Numbered from the stretch's first letter, positions 40,860 to 54,565 are shown. The stretch: 64,000 bases of DNA from an uncultured Gemmatimonadales bacterium (GCA_963842945.1 CAWJIM010000024.1:384001-448000); one strand, 5' to 3'. Notes: a model not told the origin generated them from the letters alone. A program made the numbers and translations.

Positions 40860-41405
40860 TTACGCTTTTACTTCCCCGCTTTCCCCCTTCCCCTCTTCCC
40901 CGCTGACTTCATACACCTCTTCTCGGGTGGGCCGGAAGCCTCTATTCAGGTAGTTGGGAAGCGCAGCGGGGTGATCCAGGGTGCAGGTGTGAAGCCACAC
41001 TCGGGTGGGACGGAGCTGCCATGCCGCCTGCGCCGCCTGGGTAAGTAGAAACTTTCCCCAGCCCCGGCCGATGAAATCAGGGAGTAACCCGAAGTACGCG
41101 ATCTCGGCCGAACGATCTTCGTGCTCCCGCAGCTCGAAGTACCCCGCGGGAGCTCCCTCCCAGGACATTACCCAGAGCGACACGCCCGGCGTCGCCAGGT
41201 GGGCCCGGATCCTCTCATCGCTCCAACGCAGGCGGTCGGTCCAGTGGTAGGCTTCGCCGACCTGCCGGTAGAGAAAACGAAAAAATTCGACGCTGCAGTG
41301 CTTCATCCGCTCGATGCGTGGTGCCGGCTCGGCCAGAGTTGCCGGTCGCAGCTCGGCGGGCGAAAGCATCTCGAGATAGGTTCGGGTAACGAGCACCGGA
41401 CTCAT
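40860..41405 (-). CDS. GNAT family N-acetyltransferase
   Basis: TRTYLEM, AGYFEL, YFGLLPDFIGRGWGK, WLHTCTLDHPAALPNY..RGF. Confidence 0.9.
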   Translation of the reverse strand: MSPVLVTRTYLEMLSPAELRPATLAEPAPRIERMKHCSVEFFRFLYRQVGEAYHWTDRLRWSDERIRAHLATPGVSLWVMSWEGAPAGYFELREHEDRSAEIAYFGLLPDFIGRGWGKFLLTQAAQAAWQLRPTRVWLHTCTLDHPAALPNYLNRGFRPTREEVYEVSGEEGKGESGEVKA

Positions 41406-41440
41406 GGAGCGAAAGTTACTGCGGAGCGCTGCGGCCTGAT

Positions 41441-41474
41441 AAAAACCGGGCTCCGGAGAATTTCCCGGAGCCCG
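41441..41474 (-). terminator. Second rho-independent terminator-like hairpin
   Basis: Minus strand CGGGCTCCGG-gaaattct-CCGGAGCCCG then GTTTTT. Confidence 0.65.
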
Positions 41475-41501
41475 CCCACGTCTCTCCTGAGGATCTCCCG
41501 C

Positions 41502-41534
41502 AAAAAAAAAAGCGGCCCCAGAAACTGGGGCCGC
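41502..41534 (-). terminator. Rho-independent terminator of the lipoprotein gene
   Basis: Minus strand GCGGCCCCAG-ttt-CTGGGGCCGC followed by T10. Confidence 0.9.
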
Positions 41535-41556
41535 GGTAAAGCAAGTGTGATTCGGA

Positions 41557-41919
41557 CTACTGCTTCGTGCTGTCCGCGGGCGCGGCCATGTTGCTGCTGT
41601 CCTGGCCCATGTCACCCATGCTCGAGCTGTCGCTCGGCGTGGCAGACGTGCTGCTGTCGGTAGGCGTATAACCCGTGGTGTCACCGGTCGGCGCAGCCGT
41701 GGTGTCTACGGTCGTGGGCGCCGCAGTGCTGTCCTGCTGAACGAAGCTGGTGTCCGCTGGTGCCTGACCCATGGTGCTGTCAGTGGGCACGGCGGTGGTG
41801 TCCGTTGCGGTGACGGCAGTGGTGTCGCCGCGATCCGGCGCCGCACCAGTCTCGTCCTCGCCACGGTTGTGGCAGGCTGCCAAAGTCGCCGCGGCAGCCA
41901 GCATCAGAAGGTAACGCAT
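41557..41919 (-). CDS. Small acidic Thr/Asp/Ser-rich disordered lipoprotein
   Basis: RBS GAGGAG; MRYLLMLAAAATLAAC lipobox; repeated DTT/DST motifs. Confidence 0.8.
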   Translation of the reverse strand: MRYLLMLAAAATLAACHNRGEDETGAAPDRGDTTAVTATDTTAVPTDSTMGQAPADTSFVQQDSTAAPTTVDTTAAPTGDTTGYTPTDSSTSATPSDSSSMGDMGQDSSNMAAPADSTKQ

Positions 41920-42115
41920 GGGGGTGTGCTCCTCTGGGCTAAGGGACCCTGCCCGCCTGAGGGTCTCAGCCGCTGTTGTCGTGTACCGCGGGCTCAACAT
42001 GGAAAACACCGCGCTATTCAAGCCGCGTGGCGAGAATGTACTCCGACATTTTCAATCCCGATAGGGTCTAAATCACACAAAACAGCGGGGGACTGGGGGC
42101 AGCAGGGGGGTGGAG

Positions 42116-44116
<2,001 letters not shown>

Positions 44117-44141
44117 TCAGATCATCCTAACGAGGAGCATT

Positions 44142-44167
44142 GGCCCCTTCGCAATGCTCAGGGTGAC
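44142..44167 (-). repeat. REP-like element GTCACCCTGAGCATTGCGAAGGGGCC
   Basis: Related to 10519-10544; part of an intergenic hairpin GAGCATTG..CAATGCTC. Confidence 0.55.
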
Positions 44168-44210
44168 AACGGGTTCTGCCCCGCTGCCCCGCCGCCCCAC
44201 CGTCCCGCGT

Positions 44211-45404
44211 TCACGAAGTAGGCGGATTGAACTGCGCGTGCTGCGCATCGAGCCACGACTTGTGGTATTCCGGGTCTTCAATCGAGAGGGCAGGCTTAGC
44301 CACCTTGAGCGGGCGGAAAGTGTCCATCATGACCGCCAGCTCCTCGGTGTATTTGGCCCCGATGCTCGCCTCAGCCCGACCGGGGTGGGGCCCATGGGGA
44401 ATACCGTCGGGGTGATGGGTGATGCTGCCGAACTCGATGCCCTTCCGGCTCATGAACTCGCTCGAGGCGTAGTAGAGCACTTCGTCCGAGTCGACGTTGC
44501 TGTGGTTGTATGGAGCCGGCACCGCCTCGGGGTGGAAGTCGTAGGGTCGGGGGCAGAAGCTGCACACCACGAACCCATCGCCCTGGAACGTCTGGTGGAC
44601 CGGCGGCGGCTGGTGCACCCGCCCCACGATCGGCTCGAAGTCGTGGATGTTGAAGGCCCAGGGATAGAAGTAGCCGTCCCAGCCCACCACGTCGAACGGA
44701 TGATGATCCAGGATGATCTCGTTCAGACCGTCGTACTGCTTCACCAGGATGCGGAAGTCGCCGCGCTCGTCGTGGGTGCGGAGCTGCGTGGGCCGGCGGA
44801 TATCGCGCTCGCTGTAGGGCGCTCCCTCGATCAACTGGCCGAACTCGTTGCGGTAGCGCTTGGGCCACCGGACGTGCCCCCGGCTTTCCATGATCAGCAG
44901 CTTGGTCGGATCGCTGCTCAGGTCCAGCCGGTAGCGATGCATGATGCCGCGGTGGATGACGAGGTAGTCGCCCTCATGGTATGGGAGATCGCCGTACATC
45001 GTCTCCAGGGTTCCGCTGCCCTTGCTGACGTACACCAGCTCGTCGGCCTGCGCGTTACGGTAAAAGTGGGCGTCGTTCTCGTCCGGCTCTACGTAGAGCA
45101 TGGCAACTTCGTTGTTGAACAGGAGCGGAGTGCGGTCGAGCGTGGGACTGCCCCCCGCCTTGATCTTGGAGGTGCGGAAATGCCGATGCCGGAGCGTATT
45201 GTCCGGGTCCGCCTCGTATTTCGCCTCCCGAAGCCGCTTGGCCGATTTCACCGTCGTGGGCGGATAGGTGTGATACAGGAGCGACGAGGTTCCGGTGAAG
45301 CCCTCGTGCCCCATCAGCTCCTCGGCATAAATCCCGCCATCCGGCTTCCGGAACGCGATGTGGCGCTTCCGGGGAATTTGACCCATCGTGTGGTAGATCG
45401 GCAT
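44211..45404 (-). CDS. hmgA: Homogentisate 1,2-dioxygenase
   Basis: HPFDVVGWDG, HQPPPVHQTF, PYNHSNVDSDEV, HPDGIPHGPHPG, ELAVMMDTF. Confidence 0.95.
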   Translation of the reverse strand: MPIYHTMGQIPRKRHIAFRKPDGGIYAEELMGHEGFTGTSSLLYHTYPPTTVKSAKRLREAKYEADPDNTLRHRHFRTSKIKAGGSPTLDRTPLLFNNEVAMLYVEPDENDAHFYRNAQADELVYVSKGSGTLETMYGDLPYHEGDYLVIHRGIMHRYRLDLSSDPTKLLIMESRGHVRWPKRYRNEFGQLIEGAPYSERDIRRPTQLRTHDERGDFRILVKQYDGLNEIILDHHPFDVVGWDGYFYPWAFNIHDFEPIVGRVHQPPPVHQTFQGDGFVVCSFCPRPYDFHPEAVPAPYNHSNVDSDEVLYYASSEFMSRKGIEFGSITHHPDGIPHGPHPGRAEASIGAKYTEELAVMMDTFRPLKVAKPALSIEDPEYHKSWLDAQHAQFNPPTS

Positions 45405-45420
45405 CTCGACCTCCAAAAAG

Positions 45421-45512
45421 CGTAAGCGGTGAGCGGTGAGCGGTGAGCGGGTTACCTACGAGATGCTCTTCTGCAGCCCGCTTACCGCTCACCTCTTACC
45501 GCTCACGCTCTT
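45421..45512. repeat. Heptamer tandem repeats (gtgagcg)n with inverted partner (ccgctca)n
   Basis: Seen directly between hppD and hmgA; same unit family as 25054-25100 and 28014-28053. Confidence 0.75.
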
Positions 45513-45514
45513 GC

Positions 45515-46640
<1,126 letters not shown>

Positions 46641-46737
46641 GCTGCCCCCTAAGCTGGCGTTGCTACCCGAGATGTGAGCCTGAGCCAGAGCGACGAACTC
46701 ACGCCTAAATGGAATATAAACATGTAGTTACTCCCCA

Positions 46738-48849
46738 CTACGTGCCGCCGGCGACACCCTCCATCTGCTGGCAGACCAGCTGGTTTAGCTCGGCCGCCGT
46801 AAACGGCTTCTGTAGGAAAGAGACTCGGGATCGACCAAGCCGCGCTCCACCACGTCCACATGGGAATAACCCGACATATAAAGGATAGGGAGATCGGCCC
46901 GAACGTCGCGGATCTTCTGCGCCAGCTCGATGGTCCCGATGTTCGGAACAATGACATCCGCAACCACCAAATCCAATGTAGCGCCGAACTCCTCGAGCCG
47001 GGCGAGAGTCTCATCACCATCGCGAGCTTCATAAACCCGATGACCCTGCTGCTCCAGTACCCGAACGGCCAGCTCGCGGACCCCTTCTTCGTCCTCGATT
47101 ACCAGCACGGTGCCGGTCCTGCATTCTGCCGGGAACGAACCGGACGATCTCGTGCGCTCCACCGGGGCTTCGGCTCGAACCTGGGGCAGACATACGGTTA
47201 CCGTAGTTCCCGTACCCGGCGCGCTTTCGACCCAAACGTATCCCCCGCTCTGCTTCACGATACCGTAGACGGTGGCCAGGCCTAATCCAGTGCCGGATCC
47301 CGCCGGTTTCGTGGTGAAGAAGGGCTCGAAAACCTGCTGCAAGATCCCGGCATCCATGCCGTGCCCGGTATCGATCACTGAGACGAGGGCGTATTCCCCG
47401 GGAACAATGGAATGCCGATGAGCTGCAGGCCGTCTTGCTCGTCCAACCGGCGTGATTCGGTGACCAGGCGTAGGGTCCCGCCTCCGGGCATGGCATCGCG
47501 GGCATTGAATGCCAGGTTGATAATCACCTGGTCCAGTTGCGCGCGGTCGGCTCGCACCAGGGGGCGCAGAGGAGCGAGCGACGCTTCCAGCACGACATTG
47601 GCGGGGAGGAGCAGCTTCAGCACCGACACCAGCTCCTGCACCACGTCGTTCAGCTGGAGATCCGTTGGCTGGAGGATCTGTTGCCGGCTGAAGGCGAGCA
47701 GCTGCTGGGTGATCTTGCCCGCTCGTGTGGCCGCCTTTCGGATCTCCTCGATATCGCGGTGGCGCTCCGCTGCGACCGCCCCACTTCGGGCCAGCAGGTC
47801 GCTGAATCCGAGGATGATGGTCATCATGTTGTTCACTTCGTGAGCTACGCCGCCGGCCAGCCGGCCCACGGCCTCCAGCCGCTGGGCGCGGCGAAGCCTC
47901 TCCTCTGCCCGCTTGAGCTCGGTGAGATCCTGAACGGTGATGACGTAGGAGCTGCCACCCGGACCTGCGGCCAGCGAGGTCACATTGGTCAGCACCGGAA
48001 ACAGAGAGCCATCGGCCCGGAGGTGAAGCGACTCATACACGGGAGGACTCGACTCGCTTCGCCACCCGGCCGGTTCGTGGGCCCGATCGGCGGGGAGCAG
48101 ATCGGTAAACAATCTTCCACTCAGGCTACCGGAGGTCGGATGGCCGTGCAGCGCCGCGAATGCGGGGTTTACCGCCTCGATCCGTTGATCCTCCGCATCC
48201 ACGATGGCGGCACCCCAGCCGGCCCGGTCGAACACCCGGATCCATTTCTGCAGGGTGTCTTCCAGTCGGTAACGGCGGGCCTCCTCATTGCCCAGCCGGT
48301 CGTTCAGGTCCGAGCCCTGAATCGCGACGGCTGAGCGCCGGGCAATAACCTGAGCCGCTGAAAGATCCAGGGCGTGGTACGGCTCGCTCGGCTGAACGCG
48401 CAGCAGTGCCATGGCTCCGAAAATCGTGCCTCCGGAGCGGAAAGGAACCACGATCAACGACTGAACGTGCAGACGCTGTAATAGGGTATCGACCGCGGTA
48501 TCCCGCCGGAGGAAACGGCCGCGGCAGGGGTGAGCTGCGGAATCCAACGGAACTCGCGTCCCCGCTCCGCGTCCGCTTTGGCCAGCCGTCGCAGCGCGGG
48601 CAGCAGGGGGCGGAGTGCCTCCGCGATGTCCGCTTCCTCCCGGGGATTGGAGTGGACAACCTCGATCCAATCCTCCTGTTCCTCACGTTGAACGATCAGA
48701 ACGACGGCGTCTGCAAACCCGGGCACCAGGCACTCGCCGGTCGCTCGAATGGTCCGCTCGAAGCCCGATGCGTGATGCAAAGCGCGGGCGACTCGTTCCA
48801 ACAGATGCAGTCTCTCACCGCCAATGGGACCGGCGGCACCTGAAGTCAA
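46738..48849 (-). CDS. Hybrid sensor histidine kinase/response regulator (GAF-PAS-HisKA-HATPase-REC), frameshifted
   Basis: GRLAGGVAHEVNN, NARDAM, FEPFFTTK..GTGLGL, VIEDE, YMSGY, FLQKPFT; frame changes near 48500, 47390 and 46820. Confidence 0.88.
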
Positions 48850-49013
48850 GCCAGCCTCCGCGGAGCCCCGCGCAACCCTATGTGTCTGCTCAGCATCAGC
48901 TCAACCTGTGGCCGAAGCGGGCCGGAAGCCGTGATCCCGGTTACGCACACTGCGAGCACGTTTGCCCTTCCCTCCAAAGTGGGCTAGCTTCACTACTCAG
49001 CATCGGAGCGCAA

Positions 49014-50030
49014 ATGGCAGGGCGGGACATCGTGGTCATCGGCGGCTCCGCCGGCAGCATCGAAGCGGTCGCCGAGTTTGTGAAGGGCCTCCCTCCGGAT
49101 TTTCCCGGTTCCGTGTTCGTAGTGATCCACTTCCCCGGGTCGGTCACCAGCACCTTGCCGCGAATCCTGAGCCGGGCCGGACCCCTCCCGGCCCGCCATG
49201 CCGTGCATGGCCAAGCGATCGAGCCCGGCCGCATTTACGTTGCCCCTCCTGATTGTCACCTGCACCTCATCGACGGCCAGACCCGGTTGACCCGCGGCCC
49301 CAAGGAAAATGGTCACCGCCCCGCCATCGATCCGCTCTTTCGCACGGCCGCCCACAGCTACGGGCCCCGGGTCGTCGGAGTAGTTCTATCGGGAAACCTC
49401 AACGACGGCACCGCCGGGCTTCTCGCCGTCAAGCAGCGCGGAGGCATCGCTATCGCTCAGTCTTTGGAGTCCGCGCTCTATCAGGGTATGCCCCGGAGCG
49501 CCATCGAACACGTGGAGATTGATCACGTGCTCGCGCCATCCGAGATCCCCCTGCTGCTCACCGAGCTTGCCCTGGAGCCGGTACAGCGCCCCGAGGTGGT
49601 ACCTATGCCTGATATTTCCCCTGACGACCAGCATGCCGACGACTTTGCCGTTGCCGACCGGCATACCCAGCCGGGAGTTCCGTCCACCATGACCTGTCCC
49701 GAATGCCACGGCACACTCTGGGAGGTCAAGGACGACGAGCTGGTCCGCTTCCGGTGCCGCGTGGGCCACGCGTACAGCGATGAGGCGCTGCTGGTGCATC
49801 AATCGGAGCAGCTCGAGGCGGCACTGTGGACCGCCCTCCGGGCGCTCGAAGAGCACTGGGCCCTGGCCCGGCGGCTGGCGGCACGCGCCAGCAGCCGCGG
49901 TCACTCCCACAGCGCCTCTTCCTTCACCGAGCAGGCTATGGACGCCGAGCACCACGCCTCAGTCATCCGAACCGTTCTGAACCGGGGGGTCCGGACCGGT
50001 GATGCGGCCGAAGCGCTGGTAGTGGGATGA
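49014..50030 (+). CDS. CheB-type methylesterase with C-terminal Cys-containing domain, no receiver domain
   Basis: IGGSAG, VVIH, RPAIDPLFRTAA, LSGNLNDGTAG, TCPECHG..FRCRVGH. Confidence 0.92.
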   Translation: MAGRDIVVIGGSAGSIEAVAEFVKGLPPDFPGSVFVVIHFPGSVTSTLPRILSRAGPLPARHAVHGQAIEPGRIYVAPPDCHLHLIDGQTRLTRGPKENGHRPAIDPLFRTAAHSYGPRVVGVVLSGNLNDGTAGLLAVKQRGGIAIAQSLESALYQGMPRSAIEHVEIDHVLAPSEIPLLLTELALEPVQRPEVVPMPDISPDDQHADDFAVADRHTQPGVPSTMTCPECHGTLWEVKDDELVRFRCRVGHAYSDEALLVHQSEQLEAALWTALRALEEHWALARRLAARASSRGHSHSASSFTEQAMDAEHHASVIRTVLNRGVRTGDAAEALVVG

Positions 50031-51952
50031 GCGAGCGATACTCGGATTCGGCAGAAGAGGCCCTCACCGAGACTGGTGACGGCACTCCGGAGGAAGCGGC
50101 GCTCTCCCAACCGCCGCCGGAGTCCGATCCTGAATGGTCCGGGCTGCTGGAGAACCTCCTCACCTCGCGCGGTTTCGATTTTCACGGATACAAGGCGGCG
50201 TCGCTGGCGCGGCGCATCCGCAAGCGCATGGAGTCGGTCGGGGTGGAGAGCTTTGCGGCATACCAGGAGTATCTCGAGGTCCACCCGAACGAGTTTGCCA
50301 CGCTGTTCAATACCATCCTCATCAACGTCACCAGCTTCTTCCGCGACCCGGCCGCGTGGGAGGTGGTACGTACGGTGGCTGTTCCTGAAGTCCTGGCCGC
50401 CAAGGCTCCCGGTGAGCCGCTCCGGGCCTGGAGCGTCGGCTGTGCTACGGGAGAGGAGGCCTACACCCTCGCCATGATCCTGGCAGAGGAGCTGGGGCTG
50501 GACGAGTTCCGGGATCGGGTAAAGATCTACGCCACCGATGTGGACGAGGACGCGCTCAACACCGCTCGGCATGCCGCCTACAGCGATCGCCAGGTGGAAG
50601 GCGTCCCGCCGGAGCTGCTGACCAAGTACTTCGAGAAGGTGGACGGGCTCAATCTCTTTCGGAAGGACCTCCGGCGGCAGGTCATCTTCGGCCGTCACGA
50701 CTTGATCAACGACGCGCCCATCTCGCGCATCGACCTGCTCACCTGCCGTAACACGCTGATGTACCTGAATGGAGAAACCCAGGCCCGGGTGCTTTCCCGC
50801 CTGCACTTTGCCTTGAACGACGGAGGATTTCTCCTCCTGGGCCGGGCCGAGACGCTGATGGCTCATGGTCACAGCTTCGTGTCGGTAGACCTGAAGCGGC
50901 GGCTGAGCCGGAAAGGCGCCCGTCGAACCCAGGCCGATCCGGGTTTTCCGGAACGGGAGCGCAGGAGCGGAGCACCGGAAAGCATGGACAGTCATCTGCA
51001 GATGGCGGCGTTGGAGGCAAGCCCGGTGGCTCAGATCGTGGTGGATGCTGCCGGGCAGGTGGTGATCGCCAACGATCGCGCGCGGGAGCTCTTCGCTCTC
51101 CGGCAATCGGACGTCGGCCGGCCCCTCCGGGATCTTCCCCTGTCCTACCGTCCGCTGGAGCTGCGCTCCCTGATCGAGCGGGCGGAGGCCGAGAGGCGCA
51201 ACGTCGGCATCAAGGATGTCGAGTGGCGCACGCCCTCAGGCGACTCGCGCTGGCTCGACCTCCAGATCGCTCCGCTCACCGACGGACCGGGTAGCCTGCT
51301 GGGCACCATTCTCACCTTTTCCGATACCACTGCCTATCGCCGGCTGCAGCGAGAGCTGGAGCAATCCCATCAGGAGCTGGAAACGGCCTACGAGGAGCTC
51401 CAGTCTACCAACGAGGAGCTGGAGACCACCAACGAGGAGCTCCAGTCTACGGTGGAGGAACTGGAGACCACCAACGAGGAGCTCCAGTCGACCAATGAAG
51501 AGCTGGAGACCATGAACGAGGAGCTCCAGTCCACCAATGAAGAGCTCCAGACCATGAACGACGAGCTCCGGCAGCGGGGCGAGGACCTGAACACCTCCAA
51601 CGCCCTTCTCCAATCCGTGCTGGCCAGTCTGCGAGGTGGAGTGGCCGTGGTGGACCCCGAGCTCAGGGTGCTGGCCTGGAACCCTCAAGCCGAGGAGCTC
51701 TGGGGACTCCGAGAGGAGGAGGTCGAGGGCAAGCATCTGCTCAATCTGGACATCGGTCTGCCGCTCGAACGGCTGCGGCCCCTGCTCCGAAGCTGTCTGG
51801 GGGGAGAAGGTGGAAACCAGATGCTTGACGCGGTCAATCGGCGGGGCAAGACCATCCGCTGCCAGGTGACCTGCACTCCGCTCCGGGCCGACGGCAAAGG
51901 GGTTGGTGGAGCAATTCTGTTGATGGAGCACTCCGCCGATGGCAGCGCCTGA
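50027..51952 (+). CDS. CheR-type methyltransferase with PAS domains and coiled coil
   Basis: INVTSFFRD, WSVGCATGEEAY, YATDVD, CRNTLMY, LGRAE, (EELQSTN/EELETTN)n. Confidence 0.93.
   Translation: MSERYSDSAEEALTETGDGTPEEAALSQPPPESDPEWSGLLENLLTSRGFDFHGYKAASLARRIRKRMESVGVESFAAYQEYLEVHPNEFATLFNTILINVTSFFRDPAAWEVVRTVAVPEVLAAKAPGEPLRAWSVGCATGEEAYTLAMILAEELGLDEFRDRVKIYATDVDEDALNTARHAAYSDRQVEGVPPELLTKYFEKVDGLNLFRKDLRRQVIFGRHDLINDAPISRIDLLTCRNTLMYLNGETQARVLSRLHFALNDGGFLLLGRAETLMAHGHSFVSVDLKRRLSRKGARRTQADPGFPERERRSGAPESMDSHLQMAALEASPVAQIVVDAAGQVVIANDRARELFALRQSDVGRPLRDLPLSYRPLELRSLIERAEAERRNVGIKDVEWRTPSGDSRWLDLQIAPLTDGPGSLLGTILTFSDTTAYRRLQRELEQSHQELETAYEELQSTNEELETTNEELQSTVEELETTNEELQSTNEELETMNEELQSTNEELQTMNDELRQRGEDLNTSNALLQSVLASLRGGVAVVDPELRVLAWNPQAEELWGLREEEVEGKHLLNLDIGLPLERLRPLLRSCLGGEGGNQMLDAVNRRGKTIRCQVTCTPLRADGKGVGGAILLMEHSADGSA
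51380..51570 (+). repeat. Coding 21-nt tandem repeat (EELQSTN/EELETTN heptads)
   Basis: gaggagctccagtc(t/g/c)accaa(c/t) alternating with gaggagctggagacc. Confidence 0.85.
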
Positions 51953-54248
51953 CCTCAGCCCGGACCGGGTGGACCAAGACCCGGAACAGCTAGCGGTCAC
52001 CGAAGAGATCCGGGAAAGCGCCGAGCTTGCCCGCCAGGCTCGTGAACGAGAGCGGCAGGGGGCCGAGGATCTACGGGAGGATCAGGAACGAGCCCGCCAA
52101 GCCGGAGAGGAGCAGCGCAGCTGGACCGAAGCGGCCCGAGCGATGGCCGATGAGTTCCGGACAGCAAAGGAGCAGCTGCGAGCCGCAGCGGAGGACGCCC
52201 GATCCTCGGCGGAAGACGCCCGTCAGGCTGCCGAGGAGCTTCGCCGCTCCACCGAGGTTGCCCTCAAGGCCGCATACGATCAGCTCGCCATTCTGCAGGA
52301 GGCCAGGGAGACCTTGGCGCGCTACTGGGAGGAGCCGCGCGCCTCAGGGACACTGCGGGCGGAGGACATGAGTCCCGAGGAATTGGGGAACCGGCTCCGC
52401 CTCGCGCACGATCGCATCGCCTCTCTCACGCAACGCGAAGATGTGGACGCCGAGCAGGCGGCCGACGATCTACGCTCGGCCCTGGAGGAGCTGCGGGTAG
52501 CGGACGAGGAGCTCCGGACCCAGAACGAAGAGCTGGCTACCGCCCAGCTGGACGTCGAGGCCGGGCGCGGTCGCTACTATGAGCTCTTCGACCTGGCGCC
52601 AGACGCCTACTTGGTGACAAACCTGGCGGGCATCATCGACGAAGCGAATCTGTCGGCCACGAAGCTGCTGGGTATTGCGCGGGAGTTTCTGGTCGGGAAA
52701 GCTCTCGCGTCCTATATCGCCACGGACGATCGGGTCCGGTTCCGGTCGTTGCTGAGCGCCCGCGACCGCGGCGGCAGCAGTCGTCCCCTGGCCTTCAGGA
52801 TCAGGGGTCGGGGTGGAACCAACCTGCACGTGGAGCTGACCTACTCGATCATCGACGACGAGCGGGGCAATCCGACCGGGTTCCGCTGGATCGTCCGGGA
52901 CGTCACCGAGCAGGAGCGCATGGCCCGGCAGATCCGGTCGCTCAATTCCGAGCTGGAGTTTCGCGTGGCCGAGCGCACCGGCGCTCTCGAGGCAGCGCAA
53001 GAGTTGTCCGAGGAACTGTTGCAGCGGGAGCAGACCGCGCGCCGCGCCGCCGAGGCCAGCGAGGCCCAGTCCCGGCACGTGCAGAAGCTGGAGAGCATCG
53101 GAGTGCTGGCCGGAGGCATTGCCCACGATTTCAATAATCTGCTTCATGTCATCCTGGGGAATGCGGACATCGCGCTGAGTCGCCTTGCCGGGCGCTCTCC
53201 CGCCCGCGAGCCGCTGGAAGAAGTGATTCGGGCCACGATCCGCGCCGCCGACCTCACCCGGCAGATGCTCGCCTACTCGGGTAAGGGCGCCTTCGTCGTT
53301 CGCAACCTGGATCTCTCCAGTGAAGTGAGAGAGATGGCGACCCTGCTGCGCACCGCCATCAGCAAGCAGGCCACGCTGGTGTGGGAACTGGCCACCGATC
53401 TCCCTGCGGTAAAGGCCGACGCCACCCAGATCCGGCAGATCGTGATGAATCTGATCACCAACGCCTCCGACGCCCTGCAGAACGCCGGCGGCACCATCAC
53501 GCTTCGAACCGGCGTGCTCGACCGAAGCCAGCTCGACGATCCCGCCTTCGGACCGCCGATCGGCGAGGTCGAGCCGGCAGCCGACTACCACGAGGAAATG
53601 GTCTACCTCGAGGTCCACGATACCGGAGCCGGAATGACACCGGATACTCTCCGCCGCATCTTCGACCCTTTCTTCTCCACCAAGTTCTCCGGCCGGGGGC
53701 TCGGACTGGCGGCGGTGATGGGCATCGTCCGGAGCCACCAGGGACTGATTCGTATCCGCACCGAGCCGGATCGAGGCACCAGTTTTCAGGTCCTCTTCCC
53801 GTCCGTGACCGGGAAGGTGATGAAACAGGGGAAGCCATCCGCGGCCCGGAGCGAGTGGCGGGGTGAGGGAACGATCCTCGTGGTAGAAGACGAGGCAGAC
53901 GTACGGGAAGTGGCCGAGCGCATCCTTCAGGATTTCGGCTTCGAAACGATCCCGGCGGGCGACGGACGGGATGCCCTCGACCTCATGGAGAGCAGAGGCA
54001 GCGAGGTTACAGCGATCCTGATGGACCTTTCGATGCCGAGAATGGGAGGTCAGGAGGCCCTGCGCCAGCTACGAGATAGCTGGCCCGACCTGCCCGTCAT
54101 CATGATGAGCGGGTACACCGAGGAGTCCGTCGCGCCGCAGTTCAGTGATGCCGGCCCCGGCGTCACCGCGTTCCTGCAGAAGCCCTTCTTCGCGGAAGAC
54201 CTCATTGGGGTCCTTCGTCGCGTTCTGGTCACCGCCGGACTCAGTTAG
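51939..54248 (+). CDS. Hybrid histidine kinase/response regulator with long N-terminal coiled coil and PAS
   Basis: EELRVADEELRTQNEEL, GVLAGGIAHDFNN, FDPFFSTK..GRGLGL, VVEDE..MDLSMP..MMSGY..QKPF. Confidence 0.93.
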   Translation: MAAPDLSPDRVDQDPEQLAVTEEIRESAELARQARERERQGAEDLREDQERARQAGEEQRSWTEAARAMADEFRTAKEQLRAAAEDARSSAEDARQAAEELRRSTEVALKAAYDQLAILQEARETLARYWEEPRASGTLRAEDMSPEELGNRLRLAHDRIASLTQREDVDAEQAADDLRSALEELRVADEELRTQNEELATAQLDVEAGRGRYYELFDLAPDAYLVTNLAGIIDEANLSATKLLGIAREFLVGKALASYIATDDRVRFRSLLSARDRGGSSRPLAFRIRGRGGTNLHVELTYSIIDDERGNPTGFRWIVRDVTEQERMARQIRSLNSELEFRVAERTGALEAAQELSEELLQREQTARRAAEASEAQSRHVQKLESIGVLAGGIAHDFNNLLHVILGNADIALSRLAGRSPAREPLEEVIRATIRAADLTRQMLAYSGKGAFVVRNLDLSSEVREMATLLRTAISKQATLVWELATDLPAVKADATQIRQIVMNLITNASDALQNAGGTITLRTGVLDRSQLDDPAFGPPIGEVEPAADYHEEMVYLEVHDTGAGMTPDTLRRIFDPFFSTKFSGRGLGLAAVMGIVRSHQGLIRIRTEPDRGTSFQVLFPSVTGKVMKQGKPSAARSEWRGEGTILVVEDEADVREVAERILQDFGFETIPAGDGRDALDLMESRGSEVTAILMDLSMPRMGGQEALRQLRDSWPDLPVIMMSGYTEESVAPQFSDAGPGVTAFLQKPFFAEDLIGVLRRVLVTAGLS

Positions 54249-54565
54249 CCGGTCCCAGTGCAATTTCGCCGCTGAGGCGCATCTCCCCTTCCTTGAGCCG
54301 GAGCGGGAGGGGGCCCGGGCTGGGGAGAGTTGTCGTTTCTCTCGACCCAGCATGCGGTTACACTCAGAGTCTCGAGCTGCTGCCAATCTCCAGATTCGGG
54401 TCCTCCGAGCAGGATGGGCGTCACCGCTCCACCCGCGCCGGCGGAGGCATATTATTGGTGGTACGACTGTTGCCGGGGCTGGAGCATCTTGAGCCTTCGG
54501 GATCCGTCTCGGCCGCGAGCGGAGGTGCCCGGAAGCGGTAATGCGTGGGTTCACTGAAGAGGTAC

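Noticed and set aside
49693..49710. CPECH in CheB as a heme c motif
   Set aside because: The protein is cytoplasmic with no signal peptide; with the downstream CRVGH it looks like a zinc-binding motif.
51380..51570. Tandem repeat as a CRISPR array
   Set aside because: No unique spacers; it is a coding heptad repeat. No cas genes or CRISPR-like arrays were seen in the window.
54250..54565. Possible ncRNA or riboswitch upstream of the ECF sigma gene
   Set aside because: Only generic GC-rich hairpins; no motif I can recognise without an Rfam search.
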